Assembly (NCBI GenBank): GCA_964016885.1
Contig: OZ024743.1
Location: 100,998,001-101,062,000, forward strand
DNA: 64,000 nt
Direction: 5' to 3'
DNA from: Eledone cirrhosa
Lineage: Eukaryota
A program made the position numbers and the translations under genes. Of this stretch, positions 1 through 14,518 are shown one piece after another; position 1 is the first letter of the stretch; each line of letters opens with the position of its first letter. The notes beneath the pieces are model-generated. The model saw only the letters and a program-made list of their open reading frames with translations, made no database searches and was not told the DNA's origin.

Positions 1-3000
1 CCCCACTCTTTCTATATATTCCCCACTCTTTCTATATATTCCTCACTCTTTCTAGATATTCCCCACTCTTTCTATATATTCATCACTCATTCTATATATT
101 GCTCACTTTTCCTACAATATATTCCTCACTCTTTCTATATATTCCCCACTCTTTCTATATCTTCCCCACTCTTTCTATATATTCCTCACTGTTTCTATAT
201 ACTCCCCACTCTTTCTATATATTCACCACTCTTTCTATATCTTCCTCACTCTTTCTATATATTCCTCACTCTTTCTATATATTCCCCACTCTTTCTATAT
301 ATTCCTCACTCTTTCTATATATTCCCCACTCTTTCTATATATTCCTCACTCTTTCTATATATTCCCCACTCTTTCTATATATTCCTCACTCATTCTATAT
401 ATGCCCCACTCTTTTTATATATTCCCCACTCTTTCTATATATTCGCGACTCTTTCTATATATTCCCCACTCTTTCTATATATTCCTCACTCTTTCTATAT
501 ATTCTCCACTCTTTCTATAATATATTCCTCACTCTTTCTATATATTCCCCACTCTTTCTATATATTCCCCACTCTTTCCATATAGTCCCCACTCTTTCTA
601 TGTATTCCCCACTCTTTCTATATATTCCTCACTCATTCTATATATTCCCCACTCTTTCTATATATTCCCCACTCTTTCTATATATTCCTCACTCTTTCTA
701 GATATTCCCCACTCTTTCTATATATCCATCACTCATTCTATATATTCCTCACTTTTCCTACAATATATTCCTCACTCTTTCTATATATTCCCCACTCTTT
801 CTATATTTTCCCCACTCTTTCTATATATTCCTCACTGTTTCTATATCCTCCCCACTCTTTCTATATATTCATCACTCTTTCTATATCTTCCTCACTCTTT
901 CTATATATTCCTCACTCTTTCTATATATTCCCCACTCTTTCTATATCTTCCTCACTCTTTGTATATATTCCCCACTCTTTCTATATATTCCTCACTCTTT
1001 CTATATATTCCCCACTCTTTTTATATATTCCCCACTCTTTGTATATATTAACCACTCTTTATATATATTCCTCCCTGTTTTTATATATTCCCCACTCTTT
1101 TTATATCTTCCTCACTCTTTGTATATATTCCCCACTCTTTCTATATCTTCCTCACTCTTTGTATATATTCCCCACTCTTTCTATATATTCCTCACTCTTT
1201 CTATATATTCCCCACTCTTTTTATATATTCCCCATTCTTTCTATATATTCCCCACTCTTTCTATATATTCCTCACTCTTTCTATATATTCGTCACTCTTT
1301 CTATACATTCCTCACTCTTTCTATATATTCGTCACTTTTTCTATATATTCGTCACTCTTTCTATACATTCCTCACTCTTTCTATATATTCCCCACTCTTT
1401 CTATATATTCCTCACTCTTTCTATATATTCCTCACTCTTTCTATATATTCGCCACTCTTTGTATATATTCCCGACTCTTTCTATATATTCCTCACTCTTT
1501 CTATATATTCCTCACTCTTTCTATATATTCGCCACTCTTTCTATATATTCCCCACTCTTTCTATATATTCCCCACTCTTTTTATATATTCACCACTCTTT
1601 CTATATATTCCCCACTCTTTCTATAATATATTCCACACTCTTTCTATATATTCCTCACTCTTTCTATAATATCTAACCTCACTCTTTCTATATATTCCCC
1701 ACTCTTTGTATATATTCCCCACGCTTTCTATATATTCCCCACTCTTTCTATATATTCCCCACTCTTTCTATATATTCCTCACTCTTTCTATATATTCCTC
1801 ACTCTATCTAGAATATCTTCCCCACACTTTCTATATATTCGCCACTATTTATATATATTCCTCACTCTTTCTATATATTCCCCACTCTTTCTATAATATG
1901 TTCCCCACTCTTTCTATATATCCCACTCTTTCTATACATTCCCCAATCTTTCTATATATTCCCCACTCTTTCTATATATTCCTCACTCTTTCTATATATT
2001 CCCCACTCTTTCTATAATATGTTCCCCACTCTTTCTATATATTCCCCACTCTTTCCATATAATCCCCACTCTTTTTATATATTCCCCACTGATTCTATAT
2101 ATTCCCCACTTTTTCATTATATTCTCCACTCTTTCTATATATTCCTCACTCTTTCTATATATTCCCCACTCTTTCTATATATACCTCACTCTTTCTATAT
2201 ATTCCCCATTCTTTCTATATATTCCCCACTCTTTCTATAATATGTTCCCCACTCTTTCTATATATTCCCCACTCTTTCTATATATTCTTCACTCTTTCTA
2301 TATAATCCCCACTCTTTCTATAATATATTCCCCACTCTTTCTATATATTCCTCACTCTTTCTATAATATCTAACATCACTCTTTCTATATATTCCCCACT
2401 CTTCGTATATATTCCCCACTTTTTCTATATATTCCACACTCTTTCTATATATTCCCCACTCTTTCTATATATTCCTCACTCTTTATATATATTCCTCACT
2501 CTATCTAGAATATCTTCCCCACACCTTCTATATATTCGCCACTATTTATATATATTCCCCACTCTTTCTATATATTCCCCACTCTTTCTATATATTCCCC
2601 ACTCTTTCTATAATATGTTCCCCACTCTTTCTATATATCCCCACTCTTTCTATACATTCCACACTCTTTCTATATATTCCCCACTCTTTCTATATATTCC
2701 ACACTCTTTCTATATATTCCCCACTCTTTCTATATATTCCTCACACTTTCTAGAATATCTTCCCCACACATTCTATATATTCCCCACTCTTTCTATATAT
2801 TCCTCACTCTTTCTATATATTCCCCACTCTTTCTATAATATTTTCCCGAAACTTTCTATATATTCCCCACTGATTTTATATATTCCCCACTCTTTCTATA
2901 TATTCCCCACTCTTCCTATAATATGTTCCCCACTCTTTCTATATATTCCCCACTCTTTCTATACATGCCCCACTTTTTTTATATATTCCTCACTCTTTCT

Positions 3001-3450
3001 ATATATTCCACACTCTTTCTATATATTCCCACACTTTTTATATATTCCCCACTCTTTCTATATGTTCCCCACTCTTTCTATATATTCCTCAATCTTTCTA
3101 TATATTCCCAACTCTTTCTATATATTCCCCATTCTTCCTATATATTCCCCTCTCTTTCTATAATATGTTCCCCAGTCTTTCTATATATTCCCCACTCTTT
3201 CTATATATTCCCCACTCTTTCTATATATTCCCCACTCTTTCTATGTATTCCTCACGCTTTCTATAATATATTACACACTCTTTCTATATATTCCCCACTC
3301 TTTGTATATATTCCCCACGCTTTCTATATATTCCCCACTCTTTCTATATATTCCCCACTCTTTCTATATATTCCTCACTCTTTCTATATATTCCTCACTC
3401 TATCTAGAATATCTTCCCCACACCTTCTATATATTCGCCACTATTTATAT
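1..3450. repeat. Higher-order block L1, copy 1 (duplicated at ~14519-18190)
   Basis: Identical or near-identical ORF-track translations at a constant offset of 14518 (99/14617, 1039/15557, 1119/15637, 1706/16224, 2019/16537), then 14741 (2615/17356, 2923/17664, 3302/18043). Confidence 0.9.
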
Positions 3451-3459
3451 ATATTCCTC

Positions 3460-4590
3460 ACACTTTTTATATATTTCCCACTCTTTCTATATATTCCCCA
3501 CTCTTTCTATATATTCCTCACTCTTTCTATATATTCCTCACTCTTTCTATATATTTCTCACTCTTTCTATATATTCCCTATTCTTTCTATAATATATTCC
3601 CCACTCTTTCTATATATTCCCCACTCTTTTTATATATTCCCCACTCTCTCTATATATTCCTCACTCTTTCTATGATATATTCCCCATTCTTTCTATATAT
3701 TCCCCACTCTTTCTATGTATTCCCCACTCTTTCTATATATTCCTCACTCATTCTATATATTCCCCACTCTTTCTATATATTCCCCCACTCTTTCTATATA
3801 TTCCTAAATCTTTCTAGATATTCCCCACTCTTTCTATATATTCATCACTCATTCTATATATTGCTCACTTTTCCTACAATATATTCCTCACTCTTTCTAT
3901 ATATTCCCCACTCTTTCTATATCTTCCCCACTCTTTCTATATATTCCTCACTGTTTCTATATACTCCCCACTCTTTCTATATATTCACCACTCTTTCTAT
4001 ATCTTCCTCACTCTTTCTATATATTCCTCCCTCTTTCTATATATTCCCCACTCTTTCTATATATTCCTCACTCTTTCTATATATTCCCCACTCTTTCTAT
4101 ATATTCCTCACTCTTTCTATATATTCCCCACTCTTTCTATATATTCCTCACTCATTCTATATATGCCGCACTCTTTTTATATATTCCCCACTCTTTCTAT
4201 ATATTCCCGACTCGTTCTATATATTCCCCACTCTTTCTATATATTCCTCACTCTTTCTATATATTCTCCACTCTTTCTATAATATATTCCTCACTCTTTC
4301 TATATATTCCCCACTCTTTCTATATAGTCCCCACTCTTTCTATGTATTCCCCACTCTTTCTATATATTCCTCACTCATTCTATATATTCCCCACTCTTTC
4401 TATATATTCCCCACTCTTTCTATATATTCCTCACTCTTTCTAGATATTCCCCACTCTTTCTATATATTCATCACTCATTCTATATATTCCTCACTTTTCC
4501 TACAATATATTCCTCACTCTTTCTATATATTCCCCACTCTTTCTATATTTTCCGCACTCTTTCTATATATTCCTCACTGTTTCTATATAC
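3460..4590. repeat. Higher-order block duplicated at ~7245-8375 (offset ~3785)
   Basis: Shared rare variants in the same order: 5-C monomer tcccccact, cctaaatc, cctccct, atgccgcact, cccgactcgt. The ttgctcactttt landmark is at 3861 and 7646. Confidence 0.85.
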
Positions 4591-6180
4591 TCCCCACTCT
4601 TGCTATATATTCATCACTCTTTCTATATCTTCCTCACTCTTTCTATATATTCCCCACTCTTTCTATACATTCCCCACTGTTTCTATATATTCTGCACTCT
4701 TTCTATATATTCCTCACTCTTTCTATATATTCCCCACTCTTTCTATATATTCGTCACTCTTTTTATATATTCCCCACTCTTTGTATATATTAACCACTCT
4801 TTATATATATTCCTCCCTGTTTTTATATATTCCTCACTCTTTCTATATGTTCCCCATTCTTTCTATATATTCCCCACTCGTTCTATAATATGTTCCCTAC
4901 TCTTTCAATATATTCGCCACTCTTTCTATATATTCCCCACTCTTTCTATATATTCCCCACTCTTTCTATATTTTCCCCACTCTTCATATATATTCCCCAC
5001 CCTTTCTATATATTTCCCACTCATTCTATATAGTCCCCACTCTTTCTATATATTCCCCACTCTTTCTATATACCCCTCACTCTTTCTATTTATTCCTCAC
5101 CCTTTCTATATATTCCTCACTCTTTCTATATAGTCCTCACTCTTCCTATAATATATTGCCCACTCTTTCTATATATTCCCCACTCTTTCTATATATTCCC
5201 CACTCTTTCTATATATTCTTCACTCTTTCTATATATTCCCCACTCTTTCTATATATTCCTCACTCTTTCTATATATTCCTTACTCTTTCAATATATTCCC
5301 CATTCTTTCTATATACCCCTCACTCTTTCTATATATTCCTCACCCTTTCTATATATTCCTCACTCTTTCAATATATTCCCCACTCTTTCTATATATTCCC
5401 CACTCTTTCTATATATTCCTCACTCTTTCTATATATTCGTCACTCTTTCTATACATTCCTCACTCTTTCTATATATTCGTCACTTTTTCTATATATTCGT
5501 CACTCTTTCTATACATTCCTCACTCTTTCTATATATTCCCCACTCTTTCTATATATTCCTCACTCTTTCTATATATTCCTCACTCTTTCTATATATTCGC
5601 CACTCTTTGTATATATTCCCGACTCTTTCTATATATTCCTCACTCTTTCTATATATTCCCCACTCTTTCTATATATTCCCCACTCTTTTTATATATTCAC
5701 CACTCTTTCTATATATTCCCCACTCTTTCTATAATATATTCCACACTCTTTCTATATATTCCTCACTCTTTCTATAATATCTAACCTCACTCTTTCTATA
5801 TATTCCCCACTCTTTGTATATATTCCCCACGCTTTCTATATATTCCCCACTCTTTCTATATATTCCCCACTCTTTCTATATATTCCTCACTCTTTCTATA
5901 TATTCCTCACTCTATCTAGAATATCTTCCCCACACTTTCTATATATTCGCCACTATTTATATATATTCCTCACTCTTTCTATATATTCCCCACTCTTTCT
6001 ATATATTCCCCACTCTTTCTATAATATGTTCCCCACTCTTTCTATATATCCCACTCTTTCTATACATTCCCCACTCTTTCTATATATTCCCCACTCTTTC
6101 TATATATTCCTCACTCTTTCTATATATTCCCCACTCTTTCTATAATATGTTCCCCACTCTTTCTATATATTCCCCACTCT
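4580..6180. repeat. Higher-order block duplicated at ~9620-11215 (offset 5037)
   Basis: ORF-track pairs 4600/9637 and 5156/10193. Shared variants include ttctgcact, ttaaccact, gttccctact, tcttcatata, tacccctcac. Confidence 0.85.
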
Positions 6181-6370
6181 TTCTATAATATATTCCTCAC
6201 TCTTTCTATAATATATTCCCCACTCTTTCTATATATTCGCCACTCTTTCTATATATTCCCCACTCTTTCTATATATTCCCCACTCTTTCTATAATATGTC
6301 CCACACGCTTTCTATATATTCCCCACTCTTTCTATATATTGCCCTCTCTTTCTATATATTCCCCACTCTT
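5630..6370. repeat. Higher-order block duplicated at ~8490-9230 (offset 2859)
   Basis: ORF-track pairs 5814/8673 and 6296/9155. Shared ctaacctcact, ctatctagaatatctt and gcccTctctt variants. Confidence 0.8.
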
Positions 6371-9300
6371 TCTATATATTCCTCACTCTTTCTATATATT
6401 CTCCACTCTTTCTATAATATATTCCTCACTCTTTCTATATATTCCCCACTCTTTCTATATATTCCCCACTCTTTCTATATAGTCCCCACTCTTTCTATGT
6501 ATTCCCCAGTCTTTCTATATATTCCTCACCCATTCTATATATTCCCCACTCTTTCTATATATTCCCCACTCTTTCTATATATTCCCCACTCTTTCTATAT
6601 ATTCCTCACTCTTTCTATATATTCCCCACTCTTTCTATAATATATTCCTCACTCTTTCTATAATATATTCCCCACTCTTTCTATATATTCGCCACTCTTT
6701 CTATATATTCCCCACGCTTTCTATATATTCCCCACTCTTTCTATATATTGCCCTCTCTTTCTATATATTCCCCACTCTTTCTATATATTCCCCACTCTTT
6801 CTATATATTCCCCACTCTTTCTATAATATGTTCCCCACTCTTTCTATATATTCCCCACTCTTTCTATATATTCCTCACTCTTTCTATAATATATTCCCCA
6901 CTCTTTTTATATATTCCCCTCTCTGTCTATATATTCCCCACTCTTTCTATATATTCCTCACTCTTTCTATATATACCTCACTCTTTCTATATATACCTCA
7001 CTCTTTATATATATTCCTCACTCTTTCTATATATTCACCACTCTTTCTATATATTCCTCACTCTTTCTATAATATATTGCCCACTCTTTCTATATATTCC
7101 TCACTCTTTCCATATATTCCTCACTCTTTCTCTATATTCCCCACTCTTTCTATATATTCCTCACTCTTTCTTTAATATATTCCCCACATTTTCTATATAT
7201 TCCTCATTCTTTCTATATATTCCTCATTCTTTCTATATATTCCTCACACTTTTTATATATTTCCCACTCTTTCTATATATTCCCCACTCTTTCTATATAT
7301 TCCTCACTCGTTCTATATATTCCTCACTCTTTCTATATATTTCTCACTCTTTCTATATATTCCCTATTCTTTCTATAATATATTCCCCACTCTTTCTATA
7401 TATTCCCCACTCTTTTTATATATTCCCCACTCTCTCTATATATTCCTCACTCTTTCTATGATATATTCCCCATTCTTTCTATATATTCCCCACTCTTTCT
7501 ATTATTCCCCACTCTTTCTATATATTCCTCACTCATTCTATATATTCCCCACTCTTTCTATATATTCCCCCACTCTTTCTATATATTCCTAAATCTTTCT
7601 AGATATTCCCCACTCTTTCTATATATTCATCACTCATTCTATATATTGCTCACTTTTCCTACAATATATTCCTCACTCTTTCTATATATTCCCCACTCTT
7701 TCTATATCTTCCCCACTCTTTCTATATATTCCTCACTGTTTCTATATACTCCCCACTCTTTCTATATATTCACCACTCTTTCTATATCTTCCTCACTCTT
7801 TCTATATATTCCTCCCTCTTTCTATATATTCCCCACTCTTTCTATATATTCCTCACTCTTTCTATATATTCCCCACTCTTTCTATATATTCCTCACTCTT
7901 TCTATATATTCCCCACTCTTTCTATATATTCCTCACTCATTCTATATATGCCGCACTCTTTTTATATATTCCCCACTCTTTCTATATATTCCCGACTCGT
8001 TCTATATATTCCCCACTCTTTCTATATATTCCTCACTCTTTCTATATATTCTCCACTCTTTCTATAATATATTCCTCACTCTTTCTATATATTCCCCACT
8101 CTTTCTATATAGTCCCCACTCTTTCTATGTATTCCCCACTCTTTCTATATATTCCTCACTCATTCTATATATTCCCCACTCTTTCTATATATTCCCCACT
8201 CTTTCTATATATTCCTCACTCTTTCTAGATATTCCCCACTCTTTCTATATATTCATCACTCATTCTATATATTCCTCACTTTTCCTACAATATATTCCTC
8301 ACTCTTTCTATATATTCCCCACTCTTTCTATATTTTCCCCACTCTTTCTATATATTCCTCACTGTTTCTATATACTCCCCACTCTTTCTATATATTCGTC
8401 ACTCTTTCTATACATTCCTCACTCTTTCTATATATTCGTCACTTTTTCTATATATTCGTCACTCTTTCTATACAATCCTCACTCTTTCTATATATTCCTC
8501 ACTCTTTCTATATATTCCCCACTCTTTCTATATATTCCCCACTCTTTTTATATATTCACCACTCTTTCTATATATTCCCCACTCTTTCTATAATATATTC
8601 CACACTCTTTCTATATATTCCTCACTCTTTCTATAATATCTAACCTCACTCTTTCTATATATTCCCCACTCTTTGTATATATTCCCCACGCTTTCTATAT
8701 ATTCCCCACTCTTTCTATATATTCCCCACTCTTTCTATATATTCCTCACTCTTTCTATATATTCCTCACTCTATCTAGAATATCTTCCCCACACTTTCTG
8801 TATATTCGCCACTATTTATATATATTCCTCACTCTTTCTATATATTCCCCACTCTTTCTATATATTCCCCACTCTTTCTATAATATGTTCCCCACTCTTT
8901 CTATATATCCCACTCTTTCTATACATTCCCCACTCTTTCTATATATTCCCCACTCTTTCTATATATTCCTCACTCTTTCTATATATTCCCCACTCTTTCT
9001 ATAATATGTTCCCCACTCTTTCTATATATTCCCCACTCTTTCTATAATATATTCCTCACTCTTTCTATAATATATTCCCCACTCTTTCTATATATTCGCC
9101 ACTCTTTCTATATATTCGCCACTCTTTCTATATATTCCCCACTCTTTCTATAATATGTCCCACACGCTTTCTATATATTCCCCACTCTTTCTATATATTG
9201 CCCTCTCTTTCTATATATTCCCCACTCTTTCTATATATTCCCCACTCTTTCTATATATTCCCCACTCTTTCTATAATATGTTCCCCACTCTTTCTATATA

Positions 9301-12300
9301 TTCCCCACTCTTTCTATATATTCCTCACTCTTTCTATAATATATTCCCCACTCTTTTTATATATTCCCCTCTCTGTCTATATATTCCCCACTCTTTCTAT
9401 ATATTCCTCACTCTTTCTATATATACCTCACTCTTTATATATATTCCTCACTCTTTCTATATATTCACCACTCTTTCTATATATTCCTCACTCTTTCTAT
9501 AATATATTGCCCACTCTTTCTATATATTCCTCACTCTTTCCATATATTCCTCACTCTTTCTCTATATTCCCCACTCTTTCTATATATTCCTCACTCTTTC
9601 TATATATTCCCCACTCTTTCTATATACTCCCCACTCTTGCTATATATTCATCACTCTTTCTATATCTTCCTCACTCTTTCTATATATTCTCCACTCTTTC
9701 TATACATTCCCCACTGTTTCTATATATTCTGCACTCTTTCTATATATTCCTCACTCTTTCTATATATTCCCCACTCTTTCTATATATTCGTCACTCTTTT
9801 TATATATTCCCCACTCTTTGTATATATTAACCACTCTTTATATATATTCCTCCCTGTTTTTATATATTCCTCACTCTTTCTATATGTTCCCCATTCTTTC
9901 TATATATTCCCCACTCGTTCTATAATATGTTCCCTACTCTTTCAATATATTCGCCACTCTTTCTATATATTCCCCACTCTTTCTATATATTCCCCACTCT
10001 TTCTATATTTTCCCCACTCTTCATATATATTCCCCACCCTTTCTATATATTTCCCACTCATTCTATATAGTCCCCACTCTTTCTATATATTCCCCACTCT
10101 TTCTATATACCCCTCACTCTTTCTATTTATTCCTCACCCTTTCTATATATTCCTCACTCTTTCTATATAGTCCTCACTCTTCCTATAATATATTGCCCAC
10201 TCTTTCTATATATTCCCCACTCTTTCTATATATTCCCCACTCTTTCTATATATTCTTCACTCTTTCTATATATTCCCCACTCTTTCTATATATTCCTCAC
10301 TCTTTCTATATATTCCTTACTCTTTCAATATATTCCCCATTCTTGCTATATACCCCTCACTCTTTCTATATATTCCTCACCCTTTCTATATATTCCTCAC
10401 TCTTTCAATATATTCCCCACTCTTTCTATATATTCCCCACTCTTTCTATATATTCCTCACTCTTTCTATATATTCCTCACTCTTTCTATACATTCCTCAC
10501 TCTTTCTATATATTCGTCACTTTTTCTATATATTCGTCACTCTTTCTATACATTCCTCACTCTTTCTATATATTCCCCACTCTTTCTATATATTCCTCAC
10601 TCTTTCTATATATTCCTCACTCTTTCTATATATTCGCCACTCTTTGTATATATTCCCGACTCTTTCTATATATTCCTCACTCTTTCTATATATTCCCCAC
10701 TCTTTCTATATATTCCCCACTCTTTTTATATATTCACCACTCTTTCTATATATTCCCCACTCTTTCTATAATATATTCCACACTCTTTCTATATATTCCT
10801 CACTCTTTCTATAATATCTAACCTCACTCTTTCTATATATTCCCCACTCTTTCTATATATTCCCCACGCTTTCTATATATTCCCCACTCTTTCTATATAT
10901 TCCCCACTCTTTCTATATATTCCTCACTCTTTCTACATATTCCTCACTCTATCTAGAATATCTTCCCCACACTTTCTATATATTCGCCACTATTTATATA
11001 TATTCCTCACTCTTTCTATATATTCCCCACTCTTTCTATATATTCCCCACTCTTTCTATAATATGTTCCCCACTCTTTCTATATATCCCACTCTTTCTAT
11101 ACATTCCCCACTCTTTCTATATATTCCCCACTCTTTCTATATATTCCTCACTCTTTCTATATATTCCCCACTCTTTCTATAATATGTTCCCCACTCTTTC
11201 TATATATTCCCCACTCTTTCCATATAATCCCCACTCTTTTTATATATTCCCCACTGTTTCTATATATTCCCCACTTTTTCATTATATTCTCCACTCTTTC
11301 TATATATTCCTCACTCTTTCTATATATTCCCCACTCTTTCTATATATACCTCACTCTTTCTATATATTCCCCATTTTTTCTATATATTCCCCACTCTTTC
11401 TATAATATGTTCCCCACTCTTTCTATATATTCCCCACTCTTTCTATATATTCTTCACTCTTTCTATATAATCCCCACTCTTTCTATAATATATTCCCCAC
11501 TCTTTCTATATATTCCCCACTTTTTCTATATATTCCCCACTTTTTCTATATATTCCCGCCTCTTTCTATATATTCCCCCTCTTTCTATATATTCCCCACT
11601 GTTTCTATATATTCCTCACTCTTTCTATAATATATTCCCCACTCTTTCTATATATTCCTCACTCTTTCTATAATATCTAACATCACTCTTTCTATATATT
11701 CCCCACTCTTCGTATATATTCCCCACTCTTTCTATATATTCCACACTCTTTCTATATATTCCCCACTCTTTCTATATATTCCTCACTCTTTCTATATATT
11801 CCTCACTCTATCTAGAATATCTTCCCCACACCTTCTATATATTCGCCACTATTTATATATATTCCCCACTCTTTCTATATATTCCCCACTCTTTCTATAT
11901 ATTCCCCACTCTTTCTATAATATGTTCCCCACTCTTTCTATATATCCCCACTCTTTCTATACATTCCACACTCTTTCTATATATTCCCCACTCTTTCTAT
12001 ATATTCCACACTCTTTCTATATATTCCCCACTCTTTCTATATATTCCTCACACTTTCTAGAATATCTTCCCCACACATTCTATATATTCCCCACTCTTTC
12101 TATATATTCCTCACTCTTTCTATATATTCCCCACTCTTTCTATAATATGTTCCCGAAACTTTCTATATATTCCCCACTGATTTTATATATTCCCCACTCT
12201 TTCTATATATTCCCCACTCTTTCTATAATATGTTCCCCACTCTTTCTATATATTCCCCACTCTTTCTATACATGCCCCACTTTTTTTATATATTCCTCAC

Positions 12301-14518
12301 TCTTTCTATATATTCTACACTCTTTCTATATATTCCCACACTTTTTATATATTCCCCACTCTTTCTATATGTTCCCCACTCTTTCTATATATTCCTCAAT
12401 CTTTCTATATATTCCCAACTCTTTCTATATATTCCCCATTCTTCCTATATATTCCCCTCTCTTTCTATAATATGTTCCCCAGTCTTTCTATATGTTCCCC
12501 ACTCTTTCTATATATTGCCCACTCTTTCTATATATTCCCCACTCTTTCTATGTATTCCTCACGCTTTCTATAATATATTCCACACTCTTTCTATATATTC
12601 CCCACTCTTTGTATATATTCCCCACGCTTTCTATATATTCCCCACTCTTTCTATATATTCCCCACTCTTTCTATATATTCCTCACTCTTTCTATATATTC
12701 CTCACTCTATCTAGAATATCTTCCCCACACCTTCTATATATTCGCCACTATTTATATATATTCTTCACTCTTTCTATATATTCCCCACTCTTTCTATATA
12801 TTCCCTATTCTTTCTATAATATATTCCCCACTCTTTCTATATATTCCCCACTCTTTTTATATATTCCCCACTCTCTCTATATATTCCTCACTCTTTCTAT
12901 CATATATTCCCCACTCTTTCTATATATTCCCCACTCTTTCTATGTATTCCCCACTCTTTCTATATATTCCTCACTCATTCTATATATTCCCCACTCTTTC
13001 TATATATTCCTCACTCTTTCTATATATTCCCCACTCTTTCTATAGCTTCCCCACTCTTTCTATATATTCCTCACTGTTTCTATATACTCCCCACTCTTTC
13101 TATATATTCCCCACTCTTTCTATATATTCCTCACTCTTTCTATATATTCCCCACTCTTTCTATATATTCCTCACTCTTTCTATATATTCCCCACTCTTTC
13201 TATATATTCCTCACTCATTCTATATATGCCCCACTCTTTTTATATATTCCCCACTCTTTCTATATATTCCCGACTCTTTCTATATATTCCCCAGTCTTTC
13301 TATATATTCCTCACTCTTTCTATATATTCTCCACTCTTTCTATAATATATTCCTCACTCTTTCTATATATTCCCCACTCTTTCTATATATTCCCCACTCT
13401 TTCTATATAGTCCCCACTCTTTCTATGTATTCCCCACTCTTTCTATATATTCCTCACCCATTCTATATATTCCCCACTCTTTCTATATATTCCCCACTCT
13501 TTCTATATATTCCTCACTCTTTCTAGATATTCCCCACTCTTTCTATATATTCCTCACTCTTTCTATATATTCCCCACTCTTTCTATAATATATTCCTCAC
13601 TCTTTCTGTAATATATTCCCCACTCTTTCTATATATTCGCCACTCTTTCTATATATTCCCCACTCTTTCTATATATTCCCCACTCTTTCTATAATATGTC
13701 CCACACGCTTTCTATATATTCCCCACTCTTTCTATATATTCCCCTTTCTTTCTATATATTCCCCACTCTTTCTATATATTCCCCACTCTTTCTATATATT
13801 CCTCACTCTTTCTATAATATGTTCCCCACTCTTTCTATATATTCCCCACTCTTTCTATATATTCCTCACTCTTTCTATAATATATTCCCCACTCTTTTTA
13901 TATATTCCCCTCTCTGTCTATATATTCCCCACTCTTTCTATATATTCCTCACTCTTTCTATATATACCTCACTCTTTATATATATTCCTCACTCTTTCTA
14001 TATATTCACCACTCTTTCTATATATTCCTCACTCTTTCTATAATATATTGCCCACTCTTTCTATATATTCCTCACTCTTTCCATATATTCCTCACTCTTT
14101 CTCTATATTCCCCACTCTTTCTATATATTCCTCACTCTTTCTTTAATATATTCCCCACACTTTCTATATATTCCTCATTCTTTCTATATATTCCTCATTC
14201 TTTCTATATATTCCTCACACTTTTTATATATTTCCCACTCTTTCTATATATTCCCCACTCTTTCTATATATTCCTCACTCTTTCTATATATTCCTCACTC
14301 TTTCTATATATTTCTCACTCTTTCTATATATTCCCTATTCTTTCTATAATATATTCCCCACTCTTTCTATATATTCCCCACTCTTTTTATATATTCCCCA
14401 CTCTCTCTATATATTCCTCACTCTTTCTATGATATATTACCCATTCTTTCTATATATTCCCCACTCTTTCTATGTATTCCCCACTCTTTCTATATATTCC
14501 TCACTCATTCTATATATT

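Noticed and set aside
1671-1683. CTAACCT variant resembling the insect (CCTAA)n telomere motif (also ~5781, 8640, 10818, 16191, 30602, 31950)
   Set aside because: Only 7 bp, never tandem, and explained as one variant monomer propagated by block duplication.
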